Shown one piece after another: positions 1-13,552 of a stretch of DNA of 64,000 nt. This DNA comes from Macrostomum lignano (taxonomy: Eukaryota). Positions within the stretch are counted from its first letter, which is position 1. Each line of letters starts with the position of its first letter. The DNA is taken from positions 1 to 64,000 of the forward strand of contig NIVC01003472.1 of NCBI GenBank assembly GCA_002269645.1, given 5' to 3'. The notes below the pieces were generated by a model. It saw only the letters and a program-made list of their open reading frames with translations, did no database searches and was not told the origin of the DNA. Made by a program: the position numbers and the translations under genes.

Positions 1-1230
1 CATCGGATTGTTGCTCTCCTGGATTACTTAATTATTAGATTTGATAACAATTACACTCTTACTCTTAATTTAGACTTTATGATGACAAGCAAAAAAATTA
101 TTGCAACTATTTAGTTGGAAGGAGATATATTACGTATTAACGTCAAATCAGCTTTGAAAGCCACAGACAGTTACTGGCGCCTATCAAGCATAAAGTATCA
201 GATATTGTACCTTTAAACTTAAAAATCCGGGGATTAGTTTAGACGCAAGTGAACATGCAAGCACAAATGTTTTATCTGTCCGACCAGAGAGGGTCTATGC
301 AATGTGATCAGACGCCGATCCCGATCAGATACGTGTCTGTGTCTGTTTCTCAGATCTCACATCTAAACACAAGTGCATGTGTTTCAGATCAGATGGCAAC
401 CAGAATTTACATTTTTGTACTTATTTACATTTATCTAAGCTGTTTAGTAATCAAGAATATAACAAAGTTATGGTGTCCAACGTGGAAAATATTTATGGGT
501 ACTAAAGTACTAAAATTGTATGCAGAGTGCTAAATGGAACAGTAAAATAAAAACGTATTATAATAAGCTGTCTCTCATATATCAAATTAATACCAATCTG
601 TCTAGGTGATTAGCCATGAATTGGGGGAGGGGGCATCACAAACACGAAAAATCACGACTCTGAAAAGCGCTTTCCATCATAAACCCGAAATATCATACAT
701 GTAGCTCCAAAATTTCTAGCAATGTCCAACACTATTTTGGTTTTCGGAGTTATGATATTTCGGGTTTATGATGGCGACCCCATGAATTTACTTACTAGTA
801 CTGTAGTCAAATATGCATGATGCTTAGAAGATTGCAGTGCGTAGCCAAAGCTGTTGAGTAGACAGAAATCCATTTGGTCAAAATTAGAGTTGCATGCATT
901 GCCACTGTAGCTAGAGATCAGCTCAAACAATATACGCCATATTGACCCAAGCGCCCCGATTCGTATTGATCGAAGACACGCAAATGTTGAACGAAAGGCT
1001 AATAAATTAATGATGGGTGACTGCAGTATGGACCACACACATTAGGTTAGGCAAATTGGTCAAATATGTCTTTTCCATTCCTATTTCGCTAATCAAATTG
1101 AGTTAACAGGAAAAATCGTAGAATTAATTGGCTATTAGACAAACAAAGCAGCTTTTAAAAAAGCTTCGTTCGGTCCAGAAAGACATGCTCTCTGTCGAAT
1201 CATTTATAGGCCTAAAATATTCGACAGATT

Positions 1231-3516
1231 ATGGCTGCGTCAAAGCAGATACGTGTAGCTCCTGTGACACTGGAAGATTCGGAGTCCGGCTCAAGGCTTC
1301 CAGAGCAGGATTCTGTCGATGATAGCGGTGTGCTGGACAACCGACTGTCTCTCAGTCTGGCTGCTCTCATCCGCAGAGACCGGCCTGACAAGCTGGCAGC
1401 AGAGCTCGAGTTGGCTCAAATTCCACCAGATCGGTTGCTCCATCACCGCTTGACATTCAACATGCCCAGCAGCAGCGATGCAGAGACGGAATCCGGCCGG
1501 ATGCACCACCTGGCAGTTCACTACTCGGCTGGGCGAACTCTGGAGTTTCTGGTCAGAAAGACTCTGACCAGCTGTTGCTGCTGGAAGTCGCTCGCCGTTC
1601 TGGACGATGCAGACGGCAGCAACCTGCTGCACTCGCTGGCCAAAGCTCGAGTCCTGCGAGAGGGTCGGCGAGGCGGCGAGCCGTCCGAGGCGGAGCTGCA
1701 GCTGCTGGACGAGTTCGAGTCGGGCGCGTTCAAAATCCTGGCCGAGGTCGGTGAGCCCAACTGCAGCTGCGACAAGGAGACAGCGGCCGGATACTGCGGC
1801 TTGCCAGTCGGGACAGAGTGAGCCGTCTGGAGTTCATTCCGAGGAGTCCGATTTAAATTGATTTCAATCTAGACGGCTGTTTATCTAGCTAGCTGTTGAT
1901 TGAAATATCTAGATTGCAAAAGTTTTCAAAAGCCTTTTATTGTTTGCATTACCAATCAGATGATTGCCATTCTTTTCGACACCCACAGGCAGCCCAAATC
2001 GTTTCTTCACGCGCTCTGCCTGATGGAGAACAAAGCCGGCCTGAGACCGATTGAGTTCGCTATGCAAATCGGGGCGTACAGCACATTCCAAAAAATTGCT
2101 GAAGTTGACAACTACATCAAGATTGAAGAACACTTGACAGGCACTCGAGTGTATAAAAAGTACAACCTATCGGAATACGACGTGACATTCGGGGTTAGAA
2201 GAAGCAAGACTCCGATTCTAATGCTGAACGAAACTCGAATGCAGCAGGTTCCGGCGCTGAGAAGATCGAACCTGATGCAGGCTGGCCTTCTTGTTGACAA
2301 GTGGATTAATACAATTTACCTTGATATGAGATGGACATACTTGGTAGTGTCGATGTTTTTTGGATTTTTGCTTTTCCAGCTGACTCCGTTGACATTTAAC
2401 TTCAAAATGATTGTCGCGATGGCTCAGCATGCTTATGAATTGGACAAAGGCTTCGACGACTTTGCAAATGAAATTAAAGAAGCATTCCTCCCCAATATGA
2501 ACGCAAATGCAAATAGTTCAAATGCCAGAAATGAAGATGCTGTGCGAAGTGCCTGCCCCCCAGATAACTTAGTCAGGTTCCTGAAAAACGGATCTCGAGG
2601 CGCTGCGTGCGTGAAGACATCGCCAATCTACTTCTACTGCGCTACTAGGAAGAATGTGGTGTCAAATATCGTCATCAACCAATATATCATTGCCTGCATT
2701 CTTTTTATTAAGTTTTTAGCTTTGCTTTTTGGAGTAGCAAAATTTAGTCTGGCAAAAAGATCTCCTCTGTACCGCATTGATAGCCGGTTTAAAGTCCGGG
2801 GTGAGTACTTCGTCAGGAACGAATTCATCACTATCTCAATGGCGGCAATGCTTATTTGTGGCTTGCAGCATCTGATTGGCTCAATTTTGCTTATGAGCTC
2901 CCTCGACTGCACCGACTTTGTATTCGGCAGGTCGAAAAGATATGCTAATAGCTGGGCTATACACGTGACAGAAGGCTCCGCTGTGATGTACATGTTCTTC
3001 GCCATGCTCTGCTTCACCGGCGGGTTCGAGTTGAAGTTCAAGCGATTCGCTTTCCTGGGAATCTGCTTTCGAAAGATGTTCAGCCGGTTCATCGCGGCCG
3101 TGCCCCTGTTCTTCATCTGGGCCTACTTTGTGTTCGGCACGCTCTTCTTCATGGTCGACTTCGACAAGGCCGAGTTTGAGTCGCACTTCTCCGTGTTCTA
3201 CTCGCCACTGAGGATTTTCGTCAACACGGCCAACTTGTCCCAGGCTCGACCTTCGACAGCCATGCTGCACACGATGTTCGTTCTGATAGTCACCATCAAC
3301 ATACAGAACTTCCTCATCGCCTACGTGTCCAACGAGTTCAACAGCATCGCGGCCAACTTCGATTTGGTGCACCAATTGACCCGGTTCAACCACGTAACCG
3401 TTACCTGGCAAATGTTTGCAGATCTTTTGCGCTACTGGCGAAAATTTGTTGGGCTCTTCAGAAAGACGCAACGGAATTCAATGGTAGAGACGGTGGAAAC
3501 TCTATTCTGCGATTAG
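1231..3516 (+). CDS. TRPV-like (TRPV5/6, Nanchung/Inactive-type) cation channel; probably 2 exons here (~1231-1746 and 1960-3516); the true 5' end may lie further upstream
   Basis: ENKAGLRPIEFAMQIG resembles the last TRPV ankyrin repeat (N-x-x-G-L-T-P-x-x-L-A). YKKYNLSEYD resembles the TRPV YDL-x-E-x-D linker. Six hydrophobic segments end in an S6-like INIQNFLIAYVSNEF (cf. LNLLIAMM). Candidate intron AG|GTCGGT 1747 to ...CAATCAG 1959 is phase 0; an alternative intron 1751-1912 also keeps frame. Confidence 0.75.
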
Positions 3517-4712
3517 TGTAATCGTACGCTCGCAACAGAAATGTTTCTATGAAAAAATCCAAAAATAGATTTTCAGCAAATGAAATCTGTACACAATAAG
3601 ACAATATCAGTTATGTATAATAATTGTTAGGATTTTCTTTATTTGTCCGCACTCACTAATTTGCGTCTAAGATTTCTGATATTTCTCATAGAAAAGTTTC
3701 TTATTATTGTCCAAAATTATTTTGTTTAAAATCTCGCTTATTTTGCTTATTCTGTAAAAAGTCTAGTTTGACTTATCATTCTTAGACAAGCCTACAGTTG
3801 CTACTTACGGTAGTAAAAAATTAAATAAAAAGTATAATAAAACTTTAAATTGCTAATTAATTATCGAGTAGGATAAACCAGAAAACACCCAGTAATTCAT
3901 TCAGCATTTATTGGCATTGGCACAAAAAATAACAGTATTACAATATTGAATAGTAGAAGTCAAGGTACAGTAACTAAATTCTATATTCTTACTAAGCACA
4001 TAGCCAGTAGAACCAGTAATTGTGAAATGAAAAAGCACTAACACAACTAGAATAGAAAAGAAGTATCATTTTAGATTTAATAGCATAGGGTCAACAGAAA
4101 AATGTAACTAAAATGTGAATTTTATAGACAAGTTGAACTGGCCCAAGACACGATGGAGCAGTGGCGATCAATTACATTGAATAAAGTGCAAAACAACTTC
4201 TAGGCAGAAGAGGCAATCGAGGAAAAAACTCAGATTTGACTGCTGGAGAGCTGATACGTCAGGAGCTCGTTGCACTCCAAATTGTGTCAATTTCAGTTAT
4301 TAGCACTAAACTCCCTATACCCTACCTTATGGACTATGAATATATGTTATGTTCATCTTCTCCTAGGGTTCACCAGGATCTGCAATCTGGAGGCCGCGGG
4401 ACATAGCAAGGCGGACATCCTGTCCATCGGTCATTTATCAGAGGTCACTACTGTGAAGTGACAGACACTTAAATCAATTCCAAACGAAGCCAGCACGTGT
4501 TGTGTCCAAGATGCAATTCACAAGTTTATCAAACTATTTGTTTCATGAAGTTCTACCACAGACAAGCCAAGGAAAACTTATTTACTCCTTGATTTGTTCT
4601 TGAGACAATAATATGCAATGCAAAAGTCCAAAAAGTTAATACACTGTCACAATTTTCAACTACTGACAAGCTAAGTAGTATGACGCATCAGGCCGTGGCA
4701 CTGGCAAAAGCT

Positions 4713-7700
4713 TTACAAATCGCTTCGCTTGCCAGTGGCAGAGAATTCCAAGGCTAGCCTAGCCAACTCAGCCCCGAACTTGTCGCTATTCTGCACTTTA
4801 GCGGCAGCTTTGTCGAATTTGAATTCTTCCGGTTTCAGCTCGCGACCGCCATTGCCGAATGCGTGGGCCTGATGGGCCTCTGCTTCGCCCAGCAGGGCCA
4901 ATGTGAACGATTGGAAGAATAAATAGCTGGTGCCGGATTCGCGTTCTACAACGCAGCCGTAGGTTCCAACTTCGTGGATTTGTGTAATCAACATGCGCCA
5001 CTTCTGCAACATGGGGTTTAAAGAAAATAACAAATTTTAGTTACTTTACCCATTGATACTGATCTGATTTGATTTGAAAGTTGCAAGTTTCCAAATTTAC
5101 CAAACCTGAATGTGGATCTCGAGAGAGGAAAAAATTCTCTGAAATTCCCTAAGATGTCAATGCTCATGGGGGAATTGCTGAGATCTCAAGGCATACTGTG
5201 GGAATTGCTAAGATATATCAAGGCTAAAAGATCAGAAGCTACATGTAATTTATTCAATTTTTTCGTTCCATTCTTTAAACAATTTTACTCAAATAAGCTG
5301 ATTTACGAGATTTATGTCGTAACTGAATTAGGAATGTTTTTAAGAAAATGTGCTTTTATTTCAAAGGATTCTCATAAATAATTTTTGTCTCTTGCTTATT
5401 GGCTGCCACAAAGGGGGGCACAGGATTGCTAATATACATCTATTGCTCAGATGTCAAAGCTCATTGGGAATTGCTGAGATTGTCTAGGCTTATTGGGAGG
5501 AGGGGTATTGCTATTGCTGGGACATCAAAGCTCTTGGTGAAATGCTGTGGCTCATGGGGGGATTGCTGAGATGCCAAGTGTCAATTGAGAGTTGTGGTAA
5601 GTTGCTAAGTGATGGCTCAAAGGGAGGCTTTAATGCCAAAGCTCATAAGGGTTACTGATTTCTTAGGCTAGATGGCTTGCTTTCAGGGCTCATGTATTTT
5701 TTTCTTTAAGCATCATTTTCCTTGAACGAACTGATACTGACTATGCAAGGTCAAAACATGCATATAGCTTATCAAAACATTTTATATACTTTATGGTTGT
5801 TCCCAAATAGGGGGCATAGATTGCTAGCAAACTTTGTATATCTATAATACCTCCTATAAATTTATCAAAACCCCTAAAAGATAAAAAACATTCTAGCTAA
5901 TATATTAACTGCAACTGGATTTTAAATCAATAGCCACTATCAATTTGACAATTAGTTAATATAAAAACTTGACTTGCTTACCTCATTGGTGCCACCTTGG
6001 CACACATAGGTGAAAGTGCATTTGATTCCATCCTGAAATGATAGATAGATTTAGCTATCTTAACAATGAACTTTATCATTATAACCATTTATAATACTTA
6101 GTATTTGACAGTGTTGGGCAAGTTACTCAAAAAAGTAACTTGCATTACTATAACTTAAGTTACCAATTTTTAAAAAGTAACTTATGTTAGCCTAGTAACT
6201 TTAGACAAAAACCTGGTAACTTTTAAGTTACTGTCCGTTACTTACTTCTGTTACCCATGTTATGAACAAAATTTTCTGCTTTTTTCACATTGCACATTTT
6301 TTCACATTGTTGTTACCAAAATTTGCCATTGGGCATTAAGATTATCCAATTAACAGACAGAGACAGGAATTGGCGACACGATGTGAGGCAAGTAGAAGGA
6401 CCAATGGGCAATGGCAATCAATAATTAAAATTATAAATGATAAAATAAACGAATATGAATAACTCAATAGAGTAAAATAAATAGAACTATATAAAATGGT
6501 GTAAGTACTGCAGTGCCAGTGGAGGGACTTGTGGAGGCTACAGATGAATTTCTTTCGTTGGTTCTTTGTTTGAATCAAATTTGAAAATTTTCAGTAACTT
6601 GAAAATAAAAGGCGAAAATATTTTACCGAAATTATAACAAAGTAAAACATGTTTCAAGTTTTTCTTCATTAATTTAAGCGCAATACCATGATACTATTCA
6701 CTTAATTTGAATTTAGGAATGAAAAATGCAAAAAAATGTGATAACTGGCGTGATAGCTAAGCATTTCAGTTTTAAATTAAAATATTGCAATTGTTGCAAA
6801 GTAACTGTAATAGACTTCCGAAATTTGAGTAACTTACCGTTACTCCGTTACTAAAATAAAAAAGTAACTTGCGTAAGGAACGCTTTATGGAAAAGTAACT
6901 TGCGTTACCATTTGTAAGTTACTCGGTAATGGAAGTGCCCAACACTGGTATTTGATAATATTTTTTTTAATTAGATTTCAAATATCAAATACTACAAAGG
7001 CTGTCCCAAAAATAATGTTACTTTTCATTATATCACATTTTTGATAATCAAAACAATATCATGTTGCACCATTTTATTGCAGCAACTCTTTTATTTATAG
7101 GCCTATTAACTTTAACATCTTTAAAAACAATGTGAAATAAAAGTTATGAACAAAAAGTTAGCAGGAGTTCAACCATAGACTTATAGTAAATCAACAAGAT
7201 AGCAAAGCAAAGTTTAGAGTAGAAGCTAATAAATGGGTAACTAGCTATATAGTAAATATGTAAAATGACTGTAGTAAATGACTGTATTAGACCTATGAGC
7301 TAATAAAAGTTACACATTAATCTTGGCTACACTATGCTTTGTCCTCTAAAGGGTAAATCAGACTTCCTTGAAAAACACTTGAATGCACATCTATGATTTT
7401 TAGTGCAGCAAAAAGAGGGAACAAAAGGCAATGAAGCTGAAGCCCAGGTAGGAAATATTTTGCTACTTTAAAAGTTTTATAGGTCTATTTCTCCAAGTTT
7501 TTCTATAGATATCTCTTTGTCTGAGTGCATTCATTCAAAAGTACTTTTGCTACTTTCTGCTAGGCCTAGCTTTTTCTATGGTCTAAGTCTATGGTCAAGG
7601 TCAAGCTCTTGCTACATTTTTGTTCATAACTTTTGTTTCCATTGTCTGATTTTAAAGATGTTAAAGTTAATATAAAAGAGAGTTGCCACTATAAAATTGT

Positions 7701-8579
7701 GCAATATGATGTTATTTGGAACATCAGAATGATTTTTTTTATTAGAGGCAGGGGGTTGTGTGCACCCTGGCGCACTTTAAGCGACATAGGCACACAACCA
7801 GCGAGAGGCATTACTGCCCATTCCGCCGACTCCCCTGAGCAGGCATACAAGCGCGCGGATACGTACGCAGGCACACACTCACACAGGAGTGTACAGCGGC
7901 CCTAACTTTATTTATCGTTAGGCATGTACACTTCACTGCGCCTTGGGGGGTTGGCTCTCAAGGCCATTAATTGCACAAGCAGAGCCAAGCCAAGATTCCA
8001 ATTTAGCCCCAAATTAATGTGACTGCACTTGGAATTGAGCCTGTGTCGCTGGCACACCAGAGCAGCTGCGCTACCGCTGGGCTACGGCCCCCCCCCCCAA
8101 CATCAGAATGATAATAATAAGAGATAATATAATAAGATATCAGAGATATAATAAAAAGTAGGCCTAACTCTATACTTTTGGCATTTTGGGACAGCCCTCA
8201 TATTATGAACATGAATATCTTTATATTGACTCATATGCATAGGCCTAGTATAACACAATCTGGACTATGACACTATGCCATCACTGAAGTTGCATAGTGT
8301 ATGGAAGTTGTGCTATTAAAAATTCCAATGGTAAGCCAATGGTTGCTAATTGTACAGATAGAATATTCAACACATTTTTTAAATGCATAAAATAATAATT
8401 GACACACTAATAAAAAATCTACTTACACGTTCCATACTGAATTCATGCTGAACTCCTCCAGGCTTTACATCAAACATCTGGAGATAAGGGGATGGAGCAT
8501 CTGACTGCGACGTTGCAAAAGTGACGCTGACAAGCAGGGAGAAAAAAAAGAAGCTAGCACACAGGGCAACAGAACTCAT
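4713..8579 (-). CDS. MYDGF: Myeloid-derived growth factor (UPF0556) homolog, 3 exons: 8579-8427, 6032-5982, 5003-4713; about 164 aa
   Basis: The spliced product reads signal peptide-FDVKPGGVQHEFS / DGIKCTFTYVCQGGTNE / KWRM...GCVVERESGTSYLFFQSF...LKPEEF...FGAELARL...KRSDL. This matches the recalled MYDGF motifs FDVRPGG, CMFTYASQGGTNE, SYLYFTQF and C-terminal RTEL. Both introns are GT-AG, phase 0. Confidence 0.93.
6109..6947. mobile_element. Non-autonomous hAT-type DNA transposon (MITE) in MYDGF intron 1
   Basis: 12-bp TIR CAGTGTTGGGCA (6109-6120) / TGCCCAACACTG (6936-6947), flanked by a perfect 8-bp TSD GTATTTGA (6101-6108, 6948-6955). Subterminal AAGTAAC/GTTAC motifs are repeated. Confidence 0.9.
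7734..8098 (-). mobile_element. tRNA-derived SINE, family A, full-length copy with TSD
   Basis: 14-bp TSD AACATCAGAATGAT (7720-7733, 8099-8112). The minus strand starts with an A-box-like TAGCCCAGCGG and a B-box-like GGCTCAATTCC and ends in an A-rich tail. Related copies occur elsewhere in the window. Confidence 0.85.
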
Positions 8580-9954
8580 GACTTGTTTATTGTATAGTAG
8601 ATATGGAAAAGTTTGACGACGTACACTTATTAACGAATAACGATCCTTATTAAAGAGGATATCTGCACATACAGACTAAACTAAACTAGGCCTAACTGAG
8701 CTGTTTGCCTGTTTGTAGGCCAATCGACACTTTCCAGTTCGGTTCTCGGAAAAAAGGCAATTCTAAATATATTTTGCAATGTGTACAAGAATAAAAACAA
8801 TAATATAAAAACTATCAGAAAAATAAACAATTAATAAATATTATAAAAGTCTGTCAACTAATGCTAGACTTTTACTTTCAACTAAAATATTTCACTTTAG
8901 CATTTATATTTGACATATTTGACGAATTTGACTGCAATGTAGAAAACCACATCCAAGAAATTAAAACCCCAATTAAAACAGCTTTCACCTCTCCCTAATA
9001 GGCAATAGGTTGGTGTATTTGCCACCCCCTTTTAAGAAATCGATTTTATGTACAGTACTGTATATATATGCATTCCGTACAGCTAGAAATCCGACGTCGA
9101 CGACATCGGCCGACGGTTTCCGATTTCTATCGACGTCGTTGGCCAATATTTTTTTACATGACATCGCCGGATAACGACTTCATACGTCGGCTGAACGTCG
9201 GTACAATGTAAATTTACATTGTAAGCGAGTCCTTAATTTAGACGTCGAAATTACGTCGACCGACCTGGGCGACTTCGAATTATAATGTAACTGGCATGTA
9301 TTAGTTCTTTTTGAAGCATGACACACGATTATAACTCGTCTGCATGTACTAAAAGGACCACTAGAATAACAGGACGTGAAACTCAACGATTGTGAAAGTT
9401 TTCGGAGGCAAATTAAATTTCCTGTACAAATACAGTACATACATGTACTACTGTAATAAACTGGACCTCGACCAACCTGATGCAGGTTGCAAACTTCGTG
9501 AAACCGGGCATAATTCAAACATCATACTTCAGGAGCCCTGGACAAATATTTCCGATGGTTTTTGACTGCTATCAGGACCTACAAAACCCCAGAGCAGCCA
9601 TTGCACGTCGGTATTCAATTCGTGTCACCCATCTCAAAGCTTGGTATAAAACCGCGGACCTCTCTGACAGAGACCTCTGTGTCATTCAATCTATTCATGT
9701 TATCAACCGCACGGTCATCATCGCAGTTTTAAGAACACGCGACATTTAGAATTTTGCAAATCAAAATGTAAAACTTAATTTTCATGCAAAATTGACTTAA
9801 AATACAGCAGTTATGAGTAACTTTTGTTTAACGGTCAGCGAGTGTGCGCAGCTGCCAGCCTCATGGGGAAGCTATATAGAATGGGGCAATTTAACGTCAA
9901 CTATGAGCCCGATCTTGAGTTACGCAAATCAATGCAATTCGAAAAACGACAGCT

Positions 9955-12862
9955 GCACACACTTACACAATTGTACATGTACACATGCACACATACACAC
10001 AATTTTACATGTACACATGCACACTTACACACAATTGTACATGTACACATGCACACATACACACAATTGTACATGTACACATGCACACTTACACACAATT
10101 GTACATGTACACATGCACACATACACACAATTGTACATGTACACATGCACACATACACACAATTGTACATGTACACATGCACACTTACACACAATTTTAC
10201 ATGTACACATGCACACTTACACACAATTGTACATGTACACATGCACACTTACACACAATTGTACATGTACACATGCACACATACACACAATTGTACATGT
10301 ACACATGCACACTTACACACAATTGTACATGTACACATGCACACATACACACAATTGTACATGTACACATGCACACATACACACAATTGTACATGTACAC
10401 ATGCACACTTACACACAATTGTACATGTACACATGCACACTTACACACAATTGTACATGTACACATGCACACATACACACAATTGTACATGTACACATGC
10501 ACACTTACACACAATTTTACATGTACACATGCACACTTACACACAATTGTACATGTACACATGCACACTTACACACAATTGTACATGTACACATGCACAC
10601 ATACACACAATTGTACATGTACACATGCACACTTACACACAATTGTACATGTACACATGCACACTTACACACAATTGTACATGTACACATGCACACATAC
10701 ACACAATTGTACATGTACACATGCACACTTACACACAATTGTACATGTACACATGCACACTTACACACAATTGTACATGTACACATGCACACTTACACAC
10801 AATTGTACATGTACACATGCACACATACACACAATTTTACATGTACACATGCACACATACACACAATTGTACATGTACACATGCACACATACACACAATT
10901 GTACATGTACACATGCACACATACACACAATTGTACATGTACACATGCACACTTACACACAATTGTACATGTACACATGCACACTTACACACAATTGTAC
11001 ATGTACACATGCACACTTACACACAATTGTACATGTACACATGCACACTTACACACAATTGTACATGTACACATGCACACATACACACAATTGTACATGT
11101 ACACATGCACACTTACACACAATTGTACATGTACACATGCACACTTACACACAATTGTACATGTACACATGCACACATACACACAATTGTACATGTACAC
11201 ATGCACACTTACACACAATTGTACATGTACACATGCACACTTACACACAATTGTACATGTACACATGCACACTTACACACAATTGTACATGTACACATGC
11301 ACACTTACACACAATTGTACATGTACACATGCACACTTACACACAATTGTACATGTACACATGCACACTTACACACACTTGTACATGTACACATGCACAC
11401 TTACACACAATTGTACATGTACACATGCACACTTACACACAATTGTACATGTACACATGCACACATACACACAATTGTACATGTACACATGCACACTTAC
11501 ACACACTTGTACATGTACACATGCACACTTACACACAATTGTACATGTACACATGCACACATACACACAATTGTACATGTACACATGCACACTTACACAC
11601 AATTGTACATGTACACATGCACACTTACACACAATTGTACATGTACACATGCACACTTACACACAATTATACATGTACACATGCACACTTACACACAATT
11701 GTACATGTACACATGCACACTTACACACAATTGTACATGTACACATGCACACTTACACACAATTGTACATGTACACATGCACACATACACACAATTGTAC
11801 ATGTACACATGCACACATACACACAATTGTACATGTACACATGCACACTTACACACACTTGTACATGTACACATGCACACTTACACACAATTGTACATGT
11901 ACACATGCACACTTACACACAATTGTACATGTACACATGCACACTTACACACAATTGTACATGTACACATGCACACTTACACACAATTGTACATGTACAC
12001 ATGCACACATACACACAATTGTACATGTACACATGCACACATACACACAATTGTACATGTACACATGCACACATACACACAATTGTACATGTACACATGC
12101 ACACATACACACAATTGTACATGTACACATGCACACTTACACACAATTGTACATGTACACATGCACACATACACACAATTTTACATGTACACATGCACAC
12201 ATACACACAATTGTACATGTACACATGCACACATACACACAATTGTACATGTACACATGCACACATACACACAATTGTACATGTACACATGCACACTTAC
12301 ACACAATTGTACATGTACACATGCACACTTACACACAATTGTACATGTACACATGCACACTTACACACAATTGTACATGTACACATGCACACTTACACAC
12401 AATTGTACATGTACACATGCACACTTACACACAATTGTACATGTACACATGCACACTTACACACAATTGTACATGTACACATGCACACTTACACACACTT
12501 GTACATGTACACATGCACACTTACACACAATTGTACATGTACACATGCACACTTACACACAATTGTACATGTACACATGCACACATACACACAATTGTAC
12601 ATGTACACATGCACACATACACACAATTGTACATGTACACATGCACACATACACACAATTTTACATGTACACATGCACACTTACACACAATTGTACATGT
12701 ACACATGCACACTTACACACAATTGTACATGTACACATGCACACTTACACACAATTGTACATGTACACATGCACACTTACACACACTTGTACATGTACAC
12801 ATGCACACTTACACACAATTGTACATGTACACATGCACACATACACACAATTGTACATGTAT
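9955..12862. repeat. 32-bp tandem satellite (ACACAATTGTACATGTACACATGCACAC[T/A]TAC), about 90 copies
   Basis: Period 32 is directly visible. The HTC-rich ORFs cycling through all three frames are a repeat artefact. Confidence 0.97.
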
Positions 12863-13552
12863 GCATGCAAACTCTGTTGCTTCGGGATCGGCTCTCGATC
12901 ATACCAGTGTACATAGCATCTACATGTACATGTATATCTCAAGACAGTCCTCCAGTGCAAATGCCGAGACTTGGACAAGGCGTGTCCATTAAAAGTCCTT
13001 ATAATTAAAACCGTTGGATTCTCCGCATTCTGCCTGCTGTATGCTGTTCACGCAAGCTCAGACGGCTATAGCTAATGGGCAGCCTGCATGCTCATTAAAA
13101 AGGAGTGTAGCCAGCGGTCATAAGCAACAGGTTGGCTAATAACGATAAAAACTTATCTACATGTAACTCGATGACTGAGAATTAATTCTCATCACACATG
13201 CCATCTAATCAGAGAGCTAGGAATATTTAATTGGCTCAAAAATCATCCCAACGGTCCTCTCGTCTCAACCTCAGCTGTCTGCATCCCCACGGTCAATTTA
13301 CAGTCCAGGAAATATAATTGTCTAAAACATTTTGCGCAGCTAACTGTAGAGTAGACCATCCAGTTTATCGATTAATCTATTGGAAGCATTCTCCCCCCCC
13401 CTCCCCAAAAACCAGTGTTACCTTGGCAACAAAGCATAACATTTTTTTCTGGCCTCATTGCGCGTATTTCATGCCCAGTGCTGCATGGGGTGGTACAGCG
13501 GAACTCAGTTGCATTCGATTGAAACTGCGCCTCTGCAAAACCCTACAAAGAT

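Noticed and set aside
766-1038. 90-aa minus-strand ORF
   Set aside because: No recognisable motif or splice support.
9955-12862. Possible CRISPR-like array (also considered for the 33-, 49- and 54-bp repeats)
   Set aside because: Head-to-tail repeats with no unique spacers, eukaryotic context and no cas genes.
9813-13008. Three ~1000-aa His/Thr/Cys-rich ORFs and many antisense ORFs
   Set aside because: They arise from a stop-free 32-bp satellite that cycles through all frames; there is no unique coding context.
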